This document shows positions 9,832 through 21,745 of a DNA stretch of 64,000 nt, one piece after another. Position 1 is the stretch's first letter; each line of letters starts with the position of its first letter. A program made the translations under genes and the position numbers. Under the pieces are notes generated by a model. That model made no database searches, was not told the origin of the DNA, and saw nothing but the letters and a program-made list of their open reading frames with translations. Source of the stretch: Alloascoidea hylecoeti (lineage: Eukaryota). Where the stretch lies: positions 186,001 through 250,000 of the forward strand of contig BCKZ01000021.1 of NCBI GenBank assembly GCA_001600815.1, in the 5' to 3' direction.

Positions 9832-12024
9832 ATGAATTTTCCAAATAATGATAATGAGTCTCAGGCTATAACTACAGATAACATTACACAACAAAGTCCA
9901 CAGAATATAACAACCAGAGTGTCATACACCCAAACCGAAATTGAAATCGATAATGATAAATCAGTTTCACATCAGATGGAAGAAGTTCATGAAATTGAAG
10001 ATATATATGGAAACTTACCATTTCAACAAGTAGAAATAAATGTTAATGATAAAGTTATAACCGAAGAAGTTCATGAGATTAATAATGAGGAATCCCCAGT
10101 TTATCAAATAGAAATACAACCCGATGAGAATGAAGACGTTGTCTTAATAGATGACGTTAAAATCGGTGAAGATATGATTAATTTTTCACCATTTCAACAA
10201 GTAGAAATAGTTTCCAATGAGAGGGAAGACGATTTATCAGAAACTGAACCTATGACAAATGAAAATTCATCGCTTGATGATAATTCTATTCAAACTGATG
10301 ATAGACTAGTGTTACAACAAACAACAGTGGAGGGTGAAAACTCAGAAGATATGGGACCAAAAGAAATTAAGAAGGGAAGTTCTGAGGCTGACAATACCGA
10401 AAATGAAGGACCAGATACGGAAAATCAGAATAAATTCGAGAATCAAGTAATTGCAAATCAAGTTGAAAACCAGGAATCATTACCTGATTTTTTGGACAAA
10501 GCCTTAAATAACCCCAATGAAGATGTAAATTATTCCTCTGACGAATATGAACATAATGATAATGACGATTCAAAGTCTGATTCAAGTGATAGTTCAGATG
10601 ATTCTGACTCTGATTCCGATACTAAAATTGGTGAAGATGAGGGTGAAGACGAAGACGAAGAAGATGGAGATAAAAATACTCTTATAATCTCAAAAAATGA
10701 AATCATTGAGGAACCTATACCTTCATTACCAGAAGATTTCACTGTTAATAAAAATGCTCCAATTGAACCTATTGGAGAGATCATCTCAGTTGTCGAAAGA
10801 AGTATAATAATTAAAGCTCAAGTTTCCGGTGAATTTAGAATTTTAAATGAAAAGTCAATATTTTGTTTGGAAGATAAAACAATTATTGGTTTATTATTTG
10901 AAACTTTTGGAAGAGTTCAATCCCCTTTTTATATGGTTAAATTTAAATCTGATAAAGATTTGGACAAATTTAAAACTTTAGTTGGCAAAAAAGTTTATTA
11001 TTTAGTACCAAATTCACAATTTATTTATACTGATCAAATTAAATCAATTAAAGGTAGTGATGCAAGTAATTTCTTTGATGAAGAAATTCCTGAAGAAGAA
11101 CAAGAATTCTCTGATGATGAAATGGAAAGAGCACGTAAATCAACAAAGAAGAATAAAAAGAATAGAAAAAGAAATAGAAACAATAAAGACAACAACAATA
11201 ATAATAACACTAACAATAACAATAATAATCCAACTAAAGGAGTACCAAATACATTGAATGTTCCAAAAGTTGAATCACCACCACAAAAGATTAACACTGA
11301 ACCTCCACGAAAGAGGCAATATAACAACAATAACAGAAATAATGATAATAAAAATAGCCAAAGAGCTCAAAACAAAAACCAAAGAATAAATCAACGACCT
11401 ATGAACCATATAAATAGCAATAATCATAATAATTCAACTATGATCCCTGCAGCTCAACCCTGGACCCAAAACTTTCAAAACACTAATTTAGTTCATCAAC
11501 AGATGCTTCAGTTTCAACAACAATTCAATCAATTACAGAATCAAAATCAACAACGACAACCCCCTCTAAATCAAAACCAAAATCAAAATCAAAACCAAAA
11601 TCAAAACCAAAATCAAAACCAAAATCAAAATCAAAACCAAAACCAAAATCAACAACAACAACAACAGTTTGAAAATACAAGAAACTTTCAAATGAATGGT
11701 AACAATGGTATGATGTTTAATAATGGCTTCCCAAATATACCCAATATTCCAAATGTTCCAATGCTTCCAATGAACCATCAACTAGCCGCCAATATAAACT
11801 TTCAAGCACAACAACTTGGAGCTTTTCTCGGACTACAACCACAACAACAAAATATGATTAATCCGCCAACTCGAAATCAATTTCAATGGAGTCCAAATAA
11901 TAATTACGGAAATAACATTAATAATAACAATTACAACAATAATAGTAATAATTATAGCAACACTAATAATAATTATAACACCAACAGTAGCAGCAATAAC
12001 AATAATTACAATAACAATCAGTAA
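9832..12024 (+). CDS. NAF1: H/ACA snoRNP assembly factor Naf1 (Gar1/Naf1 domain) with acidic N-terminus and Q/N-rich C-terminus
   Basis: Motifs IGLLFETFGRVQSPFYMVKF and KGSDASNFFDEEIPEEEQEFSDDEME. The first ATG is at 9832. Confidence 0.9.
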   Translation: MNFPNNDNESQAITTDNITQQSPQNITTRVSYTQTEIEIDNDKSVSHQMEEVHEIEDIYGNLPFQQVEINVNDKVITEEVHEINNEESPVYQIEIQPDENEDVVLIDDVKIGEDMINFSPFQQVEIVSNEREDDLSETEPMTNENSSLDDNSIQTDDRLVLQQTTVEGENSEDMGPKEIKKGSSEADNTENEGPDTENQNKFENQVIANQVENQESLPDFLDKALNNPNEDVNYSSDEYEHNDNDDSKSDSSDSSDDSDSDSDTKIGEDEGEDEDEEDGDKNTLIISKNEIIEEPIPSLPEDFTVNKNAPIEPIGEIISVVERSIIIKAQVSGEFRILNEKSIFCLEDKTIIGLLFETFGRVQSPFYMVKFKSDKDLDKFKTLVGKKVYYLVPNSQFIYTDQIKSIKGSDASNFFDEEIPEEEQEFSDDEMERARKSTKKNKKNRKRNRNNKDNNNNNNTNNNNNNPTKGVPNTLNVPKVESPPQKINTEPPRKRQYNNNNRNNDNKNSQRAQNKNQRINQRPMNHINSNNHNNSTMIPAAQPWTQNFQNTNLVHQQMLQFQQQFNQLQNQNQQRQPPLNQNQNQNQNQNQNQNQNQNQNQNQNQNQQQQQQFENTRNFQMNGNNGMMFNNGFPNIPNIPNVPMLPMNHQLAANINFQAQQLGAFLGLQPQQQNMINPPTRNQFQWSPNNNYGNNINNNNYNNNSNNYSNTNNNYNTNSSSNNNNYNNNQ

Positions 12025-13364
12025 CAATATGGAAACAATCAACAAAATAATAGTAATGATTCATCATATGTATTTATTAGTCTATAATATTAACAAAGTT
12101 AAAAACTTTTTGATGGTATTATTTATATAATACAAGCTATTGGGTGTTTGAGGTTGACCCCCGTAAATTTTTTTTGGACATTAATTCCCAAATTTAAACT
12201 CTAGATTCAAATCAAGTAAGAAATAAATGGTCGATATAGGTGCTCACCCAAAATAATTTAAATATATTAATTTTACTGCAATAACGTATGTAAAATGTAT
12301 AACTTATATGTGTAGCTCTAAAATAGTTGGAAGAATTTTTTTATCTACTTGTATGTAAATATACTAATACCCTATATAAAAGCGCTTTTGCCATTCAGAG
12401 TAAACAATACGGGAATTAACGACTCCCTAATTTATACCCTAGATTCAACCAAGTAAGAAATTATGTTAATTATTTAATACGCCAAAGGCCGAAAAAGCAT
12501 ATTATAATACATAGAAAAAGGGTAAAATTGTATATGAATAGATAATTAGGAGAAAATGATTTGTAAATTTTGAAGATTCTCACATGAAGTGCGATTTCCT
12601 CATATGCATCAAAGTAGTCTCAAGTTAGAATTTTAATTGAATTTATGAAAGATTAATAGAATGACGTAACTTTATAAAGAGCCATATCCAATTGCAAAAG
12701 TTTGGCAATATCTAAGAAATCAAAAAAGTGCTGTTCACGAAAGGTGAAATAAAAGTAGTCGCGTGAAAAGTAAACATTGTCGTATCACTCGAGTCGATAC
12801 TCTTCTCAACAATAAACTATCAAACTCAAAATAAAAATGGAAACTCTAAACAAAATGTCTGAAAGATGGAAAACACAATAATCAATAACTTAATCAAAAT
12901 GAAGAACTCTCTGGAACGTGTCTATATCATGGCTCTTATGATTCTTAGCTGGAATGATAACTTGTTATGAATTAAAGATTGATCTTGTATAGATCAAAAT
13001 TGATATATTCTTTATTAGAAGTGTGCTATTTAGCTAGAAGTAAGATCTTCCGGTTATATTTATATAAACGCTATATTCCGTAAGTTTTGTATGTTTTCCT
13101 TTCGCTGTCCCATATGACAACATTAATTATAGATGTAATATCTTACAAATAATTACCTACGGTAATACAGTACTTGATTTTCTCATTTATAAGTATGTGA
13201 TCTTAAAAATAGTTTCTCTACAAAAATATCTTTAGCCGCATTATTTTCAAATAGGCGAAGAGTTAAAAAGAGTAAAACACCTCCTAGAAGATATCTTAAG
13301 ATTAATGTATATATATTAAAACTAAATATAGCTAGAGGTAAATTTTACATGAAAACCCAATTTA

Positions 13365-14021
13365 TCAGAGATTATGCAGTGCACTACGCACATTTTCCCT
13401 GATATTGTAAAGTTGTTCCTTTCTGAAAATTAATTTAAACAAGTTTTTGCTCTCTTCTGTTCCAAAAATTAAACCAAATTTTACCGACAAAGGTTGTTCA
13501 TGATTTTCTAGATAATATGCTCTGCTAATGTCGTCATCTCTGGTAATCGTGTATCTTTGATACACATAATCTTCATCAAGATTATCAAAATTTAAAGACT
13601 CAGGTAATTTAAAATAATCAGAAGATGAGTCTTTTGATTTCTACTCTGGCCGAATTACATGGGTTGCTAATGCATTATTATAGGCATAAGTTTTAACTTA
13701 ATTCGAAACTGAAAGTGGAAATATTGAAAGATAAATTTCTCTAATTGAGCCTTCACCACGGAAAAATACTACCCGACAAGTTATAGGATTCGACCATTTT
13801 TGTGGTTGTTTTGGATCATTTTAAATCAATACTTTTACTCTCATTCTGTAAACTACTTTTTCATTTTGATAATATGATACTTTTTCAGAGTGGCTGATGT
13901 TTTTGTTTCGCAGTCGGCTGCTTAGATTTTTTTCACAATTCACACTTGATTAGAAAACATCAGTAACTGACTTTTTCAAACTGGCTCTACTGTAATTATG
14001 TTATGATGAAGTTTGTCCGGC
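13365..14021 (-). pseudogene. Copy A of the dispersed repeat: decayed ORF of about 210 codons with a RanBP1/Yrb1-like Ran-binding domain
   Basis: One minus-strand frame with 4 stops: SLKKSVTDVF*...EKVVYRMRVKVLI*NDPKQPQKW...LATHVIRPE*KSK...YVY...KFGLIFGTEESKNLFKLIF. It is collinear with 46311-46851. Confidence 0.65.
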
Positions 14022-14176
14022 CCTACAAATAGTGTATTCTACTGTTTTTGGTGCATTAAAGCTTACGTAGTTTGTGCTTGAGCCCATAACATCATCTTCT
14101 GAGATTCATCTTATCCTCTACACCTATGAATTAATTTACTTGTTCAGTTGTTATAATTAACATCTTACATCTCATT

Positions 14177-17100
14177 CTAACTTCCCTCTAGATCCTTCAA
14201 CGTGTCCTCCGCTATTTTTAATGCTCCTAGTGGCATGCCTGCCATACCTGCTACAACAATTCCATGTGATTGTTTACTAATTCCTGAACGTAATTTATGA
14301 CTAAATATAAAACTTTTATCCAAATTTCTTGATTGACTTATTGTTGGATTTCCAACACTAATCACATCCGTACAATAATATGCAACTTTTTTATTTAATA
14401 TATCATCCTTTGAAATTAATTTATAAAGTTCGGGCCCAAAATGTGTTGCAAATAATGTTCTTGTACAATTGTTTTCAACAAGGTATGAAAGTGTTGAGTA
14501 GGCAATTGCTAAACCTTCTCTTCCACTTGTCCCTCTACCAATTTCATCGACAATTGCGAGAGATTTCGATGTTGCGTTTTTTAAAATAAAACTTGTTTCA
14601 AGCATTTCAACCATAAAAGTGCTGAGTTCTCTGTATAAATCATCAGCCGCTCCAACACGACTGAAAATCTTATCAACAAGACCAATCTTGGCATATTTTG
14701 CAGGAACAAAGCAACCGACTTGTGCAAGAATTGTGATTAAAGCATTTTGGCGTAAAAAAGTACTTTTTCCTCCCATATTAGGACCAGAGACCAACCAAAG
14801 TTGGCCATCCTTCCCAACAGAGCAATTATTAGGAACAAAACTATGAGCATTCTTCTTTAAACCTTCTTCTACAACAACATGTCGACCATCAATAATATCG
14901 AGCTGAGTGGAATTATCAACAATTGGACATACTAATTGTTTTTCATCAGCAAGTTTTGCAAATGATAAAGTTACATCAATATAATCAAGAGTATGACTTA
15001 CTTCACGAATAAGACTCATTTTTTTTAACACTTTTTTTTGTAAAATTAAAAATACTTGACGTTCTTCATTTCTTAAACGCTCTCTTAAACTATCACGCTC
15101 TTTTCCGATTTCTGTCCATTTACCTACATATGCCCATTTTGTAGATTGACTTTTTGAAACTATTTGTCCATTTATTTCTTTAATGAACTCAGTCGCAACA
15201 CCATTACCAGAAATATGAGCTACATGTCCTAAAGCTGGAGTCCATCGAAGTTCCACCCTCACTCCTTTCGGTGCTATATTTTTATAGTAAAGCTCCAGTG
15301 TTTTTTTCTCTTGCTCTTTCAAGTTCAATTCTTCGTGAAGTTTTACTAATGTCTCCGAAGCATGCGGTTTCATTATCCAAAAATCAATAGGATCTTTCAT
15401 TCTTTCCTTCTTAGTATTTGCTTTACTGATACTGGGGTTATTAGATGATGAAGCTTCGTTAATATTGGAAGATTGTATATCGGCTAGTATTTGTTCTTGT
15501 TGGTATTGAGACTCAAGAAGCGCATCTTCATCTATACAATCTAAGATTTCATCAGCCAATTCTATCGGTGATTTCAGATGTTTATATAATTTTCTTAATA
15601 ACATTTTAGGTGCTGAACTCTCATTAACGAATTCTCCAAGCTTGCTTCTTATTTTTTCAACCATTTTCAAACTTCGTGCTAATTGAAGTAAGTCCGTAGC
15701 TCTTCCCCTCGAAAGTGATAGCCTTTGTAACAGTCTTACCATATCACTAGTTTTTGACAGCTGTTTAGAGGTAAATAGTTGCAAAGAAGGAAATTTCATT
15801 AAGAACATAACCATTTTCTGTCTTCTTCGAATTTCTTTTAAATCCATAGAGGGAGCAGAAATCCACTCTGTTAACAATCTAGCACCAGATTGAGTTGATG
15901 TTCTTCTGATAACATTTACCAAAGAGCCTTTTTTACTATTTTCTCTAACTGTTTTGTGCAATTCTAAAGCATCCATTGTTCTGGCATCTATTTGCATAAT
16001 AGAATCTCTCATTTTTCTCTCTGGTAATTCAAAAATCACCTCTGATTCAGGTAAATGTTGTCTCACATATTCTAGAACTGATAAAGACGAGGCTGTCTCC
16101 TTTTGTGTTAAATTTTGAAAGGATTTTTCGGTAGTAAGTTGATCTTCGTCAAACATTTCTAGATATCTCTCAATTGGGCGTCTTGAAACTTTTTGATATT
16201 TTATAAAATAACGTTTTAATTCAATTAAATCTGAGAACCATTTTCCTGATTCTAAATTAGCTGAAATAAGTTCATCATCTAATAATATCTCACTTGGTCT
16301 TATTCTCGAGATATCCGATATTAAATCCTTTAATTCTGTTTCTTGAACGTAGAATTCACCTAACGATAAATCAATCCATGCTAACCCAATAACTGTAGTT
16401 GGATCAGCGACTTTATTAACTGCATCAGATGGAAAATTAATTGATAATAAAAAATTATTTTCTTGAAAGTTTAGAAATGCTTCATCGATTAAGGTACCTG
16501 GTGTGACAATACGTGCTACACGTCTATTAAATTTAAAAGGATCGTTAATCGCATCCGTTTCTCTTTCAAATTGATCAGCAACAGCGACACTGAGACCCAA
16601 ATCTTGGACCAAAATTTTCAAATATCTATCCAATTGACCAATGGGAAACCCTGCCATTGCCACTGGTCCTTTGACAGTTGTCCTGAATGCCAATCTTATA
16701 TTTAATTTTTGAGAAAATTCCTCTGCTTCTTGAAAATATAACTAAATAATATGTTAATCATATTATTGAGTATGATAAAAAAATAAAAAACAATGTAAAC
16801 ACATACCTCATAGAAACTCCCAACCTGAGTCAATAGTACATGGTCTTTATAATTTTCTTTGAGCTCTATTATTCTCTCTAGTAGTCTTGGATATGAATTT
16901 TTCGTGGTTTTCGCACCTCTATCGATAAGTTTTTCATCATTTCCATCATCATTAGTTGAACCAGATTTCTTCTTTTTTATGTCCTTTTTTCTCTTTTCTT
17001 CGCTCAATATTTTCTCTTCTTCATTTTGTAAATCTTCAAGTGATATTCGCTGTATATGAGGTTTCTGATATATCGGTCCTATATGGGAGAATGATCGTAA

Positions 17101-17220
17101 TTGAAATTTCACAACAGTTTGAGTTCTCTCTATGGTAGCATTTCTGGAATATCGTATAAATGGAAAACGGCAGGTACAACCCCCTGTATGACTCAGCCCT
17201 TTAGTTAATATCCTATTCAT
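14177..17220 (-). CDS. MSH1: Mitochondrial MutS homologue Msh1; exons 17220-16807 and 16741-14177, intron 16806-16742
   Basis: MutS domain I (LTQVGSFYE|LYF) is joined across a 65-nt GTATGT...ATTAAC...TAG intron. Walker A GPNMGGKST, STFMVEM, DEIGRGT and FATH are present. The N-terminus from ATG 17220 resembles a basic presequence. Confidence 0.93.
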
Positions 17221-17504
17221 ACTCTGACATTGAGTTTTTAAGCAATATACTCTGATGCGTGTCACTGCGTGAGTGTGTAAATCGATCGCGTTGGTTTTGA
17301 AAAGTGTGGATGGTTGCAATTTATTATTATAATTCGCAAACTGCTAAGACAAACATTTGGCATACTCTATATATGACCTTTTTGGCAGTGATAAACGCAT
17401 ACGAACACAGAACAACGGCTACAATTTGACAACTTTATACTAAAATCAATACAATTTATTATACATCGTAAATAAATCAATAAAAACAAAAAAACAAAAA
17501 ATAA

Positions 17505-19868
17505 TCACCATGATGACGGTCCAAAAAATTCTCCTTTTGGCAACTTAACCTGAATAGCATCTCCATTATAATCCATGGTAGATGTGGTGACGCTATTCCC
17601 CCACCAGGATGGGAAGCTTGTTGTTGTCAAAGAAAGACATAAGAAGATAAACAAACTACTCCAAGCAAGACCTAAATCTAAACCAGCAGAAAGGGAATAG
17701 TTATACTTCGACCACCAGCTAAACCACTTTCTTTTAATCCAGAAACCAAAAATAAATCCAACAATGCAGTAGGTACTATAATTATAAGGTGTGGCAGGTG
17801 GGACGAAACCAGTGCCTGTAAAAAAAACTGGCCAGTTTATATATTTAATAGAACTCTTCGGCCATTTTAATAAAATTAGCCAACTAAAAATTGGTAAAAG
17901 AGCACCAAGAAGGAAAAACCAGAGTAAGCCACCGTATTGTTTACCTGGCGAATACATTCTACCTGGTCCAATAACACCCCAAATAATTGAAGCATTGAAG
18001 AACACTCTACCGTTTGGACAAGTAAAGTGAGAGGCCTGAGTTCTTGAACAAATATTATCAAAAGAGCCTTGAACCCATTTCATTGTAGCAACTTGAACAA
18101 TAGCACCCCAAACACAAGCAATTCCTTGGGCCCAAAATAATGTTCTTGGTGCAATTTTCATGTAATGGCCTAACTTCATATCTTGAGCAAAAGTAATTGC
18201 TTGATTATTTGTGATATAACCAAATGTTTTAAAAAGCATCATAGCAAATGGTTTACCTGGAACCATATATCCGATAATAAATTCAGTTAAAACATTTAAA
18301 CCAACAGAAATGTTTGTTAAGGCATAAATTATACCAACTGGTAAAAGAAAAATAATGGCAATAATCAACGCAACAATTAGAGACCAAACAGGCATTTCTG
18401 TATTCCAGCCACGCACTGTAGCAATAGATAAAGCAAACGAAACCAAGAAAACAATCCCAAACCACCATTGTGGAACTTCTTTATACGCCCCCATTAATCT
18501 ATTGTGAACATCAGGTTTCTGATGTTTACCACGCCATACAACCTCATAAATCTCTTTTCCGTGGAATAAAACTGTATGAACAATTGTAGAGGTAATAGCG
18601 GCAAATGATAAACCATAGGATAGACCGAAGGTTGTTGATAAAAAAAGGGGGGAATACTCTTTATATGCTTTCTCATTAAAAGAATAATCGGGGTTTAAGA
18701 TTCTTGTAACATTGTAAACATTTTGGAATCTATCGTAGGAACTAGAATCTGAGATAGGCAAATATTTTCCATGCCAAACATTGGTATAATGCAGAATTGG
18801 AGTAACAAACCAAAAAAAGACGACAACAGACAAAAAGATAGTAGCGATCGCAGAGAATGGTGGAATCAAAGGCGAGCCAATGTAACCCGCAATCTGATTC
18901 CAATCAAAGGTAATTGGAATCAAACCTAAACCACTCGATACACCAAAAACTTGATTAATTACTGGATCATTTGGTCTGATCCACGTAGGAAAAGCGAAAT
19001 AAGATAGAAATTGAGCAATATATCCAGGAAACCAGTACCAAACAAAAGAACATAAATAGATAATACCAAAAAATTTAAGTCTTGATATTTTCCACCCATT
19101 AGCTGTGTGATTTTCATTTTTGTGAATATTAGTGAGGAAAGTTGAAGTGACTAAATTCAAAGGCCAAATTAATGAACTTGGATAAACCAACACTTTTCTT
19201 ACCAAGCCAGCAAAAGAATATCCGATAACCTGTGTTGCAATACCAGCAACAATATTAAATCCCCATCCAAAGTTAACACCGTAAAAGTTGTTCATAGCGA
19301 CAAGAATGTCCGTAATATAAGCAGCACCTCCTCCAAAAGATACATTTGCCATAATTGTAATTAATGTGTGTTCTTTAATATTAAATGGCCCTGGATTAAC
19401 AGGCATGCCCAAAAATGTAACATCCGGCATTATATATTGCCATAATCTACCAATAGGCCAAGCGAAAAGCGATGAGACAAGAGTTGTGATTGTAAAAGAA
19501 GGTGAATGCATTGAAAATAAAGTGTTCAATGCTGAACCAATAGAGCAAAATACCAGGCCCAATACCCACATTCTCCAAGTATTTTGGGGAGTGCTTGGAT
19601 CATCAGTACTTGGTACTGCGGCTCTTACTTCTGGAAAAGGTGAATCATCGGCAATATCTGTTGCTAAGTATTCATTACCTTCAATACTTTGAATATCTCC
19701 AAATAGATTTTCGGCTTCAGTATCACGTATAATGCTTGAAATATCACTAGCTTCATCAGTGTTGCTCAACTTCTTTTCTTGCTTATCATCCGTAACAAAT
19801 GATTCGTTCTGAATGTCATTATGACCAATATTATTTTTTTTTCTGAATCTTGGAGTTGGTAATCCCAT
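17505..19868 (-). CDS. OPT-family oligopeptide transporter
   Basis: Motifs DSPFPEVRAAVPSTDDP, NPGPFNIKEH and DMKLGHYMKIAPR, with many transmembrane segments. The first ATG is at 19868. Confidence 0.95.
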   Translation of the reverse strand: MGLPTPRFRKKNNIGHNDIQNESFVTDDKQEKKLSNTDEASDISSIIRDTEAENLFGDIQSIEGNEYLATDIADDSPFPEVRAAVPSTDDPSTPQNTWRMWVLGLVFCSIGSALNTLFSMHSPSFTITTLVSSLFAWPIGRLWQYIMPDVTFLGMPVNPGPFNIKEHTLITIMANVSFGGGAAYITDILVAMNNFYGVNFGWGFNIVAGIATQVIGYSFAGLVRKVLVYPSSLIWPLNLVTSTFLTNIHKNENHTANGWKISRLKFFGIIYLCSFVWYWFPGYIAQFLSYFAFPTWIRPNDPVINQVFGVSSGLGLIPITFDWNQIAGYIGSPLIPPFSAIATIFLSVVVFFWFVTPILHYTNVWHGKYLPISDSSSYDRFQNVYNVTRILNPDYSFNEKAYKEYSPLFLSTTFGLSYGLSFAAITSTIVHTVLFHGKEIYEVVWRGKHQKPDVHNRLMGAYKEVPQWWFGIVFLVSFALSIATVRGWNTEMPVWSLIVALIIAIIFLLPVGIIYALTNISVGLNVLTEFIIGYMVPGKPFAMMLFKTFGYITNNQAITFAQDMKLGHYMKIAPRTLFWAQGIACVWGAIVQVATMKWVQGSFDNICSRTQASHFTCPNGRVFFNASIIWGVIGPGRMYSPGKQYGGLLWFFLLGALLPIFSWLILLKWPKSSIKYINWPVFFTGTGFVPPATPYNYSTYCIVGFIFGFWIKRKWFSWWSKYNYSLSAGLDLGLAWSSLFIFLCLSLTTTSFPSWWGNSVTTSTMDYNGDAIQVKLPKGEFFGPSSW

Positions 19869-20539
19869 GATGATTAAAATCTTGTAATCAGAAACAACCA
19901 AAATAAGACAAAAGTTGTAGCTTTACATTTATATAAACAAAAAAGTAAAACATTAAACTTCTGTCATCCTACCACGCACGGCTCCTAATCATGCATCGTA
20001 AAATGCAACTAGCCGCCGTGCATATCTCGTGTACAAAAACGTTAACTATAATATATATACAGTATCGTACAATCACCGTAATGTAGCTTTAGATCTAAAG
20101 TTCCTATTTATATTTACTTAATTATAACTGGTTGGTTACTGTTTCATTTTCCGTCACTTTGTTATTCTAAAAAAATTTAAAAGATGTTCCAAATATCAAA
20201 GAGGATACACCAAGTACTACTACTTTGGGATGATTTCAATAACTGATAAACGTGTTTCAAAAGCTACCCCTTTTTATATTTTTATATATATTCACATACA
20301 TAGGCCTATAGACTATAAAGTCACTATATACTGTATCTGTATACAGAGAAGTGAAGGCATATACCAACAACATTAATTTAAATTTGATATTTTCGTTTCT
20401 ACATAACGGAACTTTTACTTGATTGGTGGGTCTAAGGTATAACTGAGGGGTCTCAATCAACATAATTCGCCTAAAGTTAACCTCACTTATTATTATCTAC
20501 TCCCTTTATATTTCTTTATCATCAGGTATAGCTACTATA

Positions 20540-21745
20540 CATATTTCTTCACATATAAATAAAGAAAATGATTAAATATCGTTTTTTCTCAAAACTCCAC
20601 TCTAAACTTTTGCCTCCATAATTTTCACATATATCTTGATCTTTCTTAAATCCAATTCTAAGAAAAAATTGTGTGAGTATTACACTGAGTAATTTCGAGA
20701 AATCAAATCTTTTAAGTTTTAACATGAGTTTTCGTTAGGACATAAATTTATTTCAAAACTTTTAACTTTAATTTATTGCTTCTAAAAGTTAACATTTACA
20801 TACATATAAAGAAAGAAAATCTACAAATCTTTTTTTCTCAATATTCAACTCTCAGATCTCTCTAAAATTTCAGTTACATAATCATCTCATCTCAATACCT
20901 AATATGATATAATTTTTAAAAAAGGGTATTAATTTAATTTTCAATTGCAGGAAGTTGCTTTTGTAATATCTAACGTTTCTAAACTGTACGATAACGCAGG
21001 GCCAAAGTAAGCTTTAACCTGTGTTAACATGTGCGTAACTTCCGGAAATACATGTGGGGTATTTTTAGTTTACATTTTGAATAGAGAATTCACCATTACA
21101 GCTGAGGACCAGAAGAGTCGTGATATTAGACATTGGACTGTAACTTTCGTGAGGACTCAATTTCCTATCAGAACGAAACTTCAAAACTCCGAGTGAAAAC
21201 GAACAAAACTTCCGAAAAATGTAGTTAGTTTTTGTAGGAAGTTGATTTTGGCTTCGAGCATCTGGAAGAGCCAATTGTGTACGTATAGTTTCTTAGAAAA
21301 GTAAAAAATCCAGCTTTTGTCTCGTGAGAACTCAATTTCCTGTCCGGCTGTGCTGTTATTGACCTCAGTTGCCACACGTGTGTACACATCACGACGATTG
21401 TATGTTATTATCACCTGTTTAAGGTATTAATATTTGTAGATACTTGATAGTATTCTTTAAGGGTATAAGGAGATTCTTTACCCTCCTACTTTTAGGATTT
21501 GAATTTTGCCTTTAGGGTCGTCAATATATTTCCGAGAAAGATACAAGGCTCAACAAACAGACTATATGTATGTAAAAGAGTAGTTTTTAGTGATTTTCGT
21601 CAATATTGCCTGTTGTGGAAGAGTTCATGATTCTAAGCAAATATCTGCTGAAATGGGAAATCGCTTTCTCTCAAATCTCCACTCTCAACCTTGCATAGAA
21701 TTTTTTACATATATATTTAATCCTCTCATCTCAATATATATTACC
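20540..21745 (+). repeat. Three degenerate direct copies of a unit of about 100 bp (about 20540-20650, 20795-20905 and 21655-21745)
   Basis: Shared blocks catata(a)a..aagaaaat, tttt(t)ctcaaa..ctccactct and acatata...ctcatctcaata recur in the same order. Confidence 0.5.

Noticed and set aside
12540..12990. Possible gag zinc-knuckle relic (ELSGTCLYHG)
   Set aside because: The CCHC spacing is not preserved, so the match is too weak to call.
16702..17319. Separate 205-aa gene
   Set aside because: It is exon 1 of MSH1 read into its intron, with a TTG-start extension.
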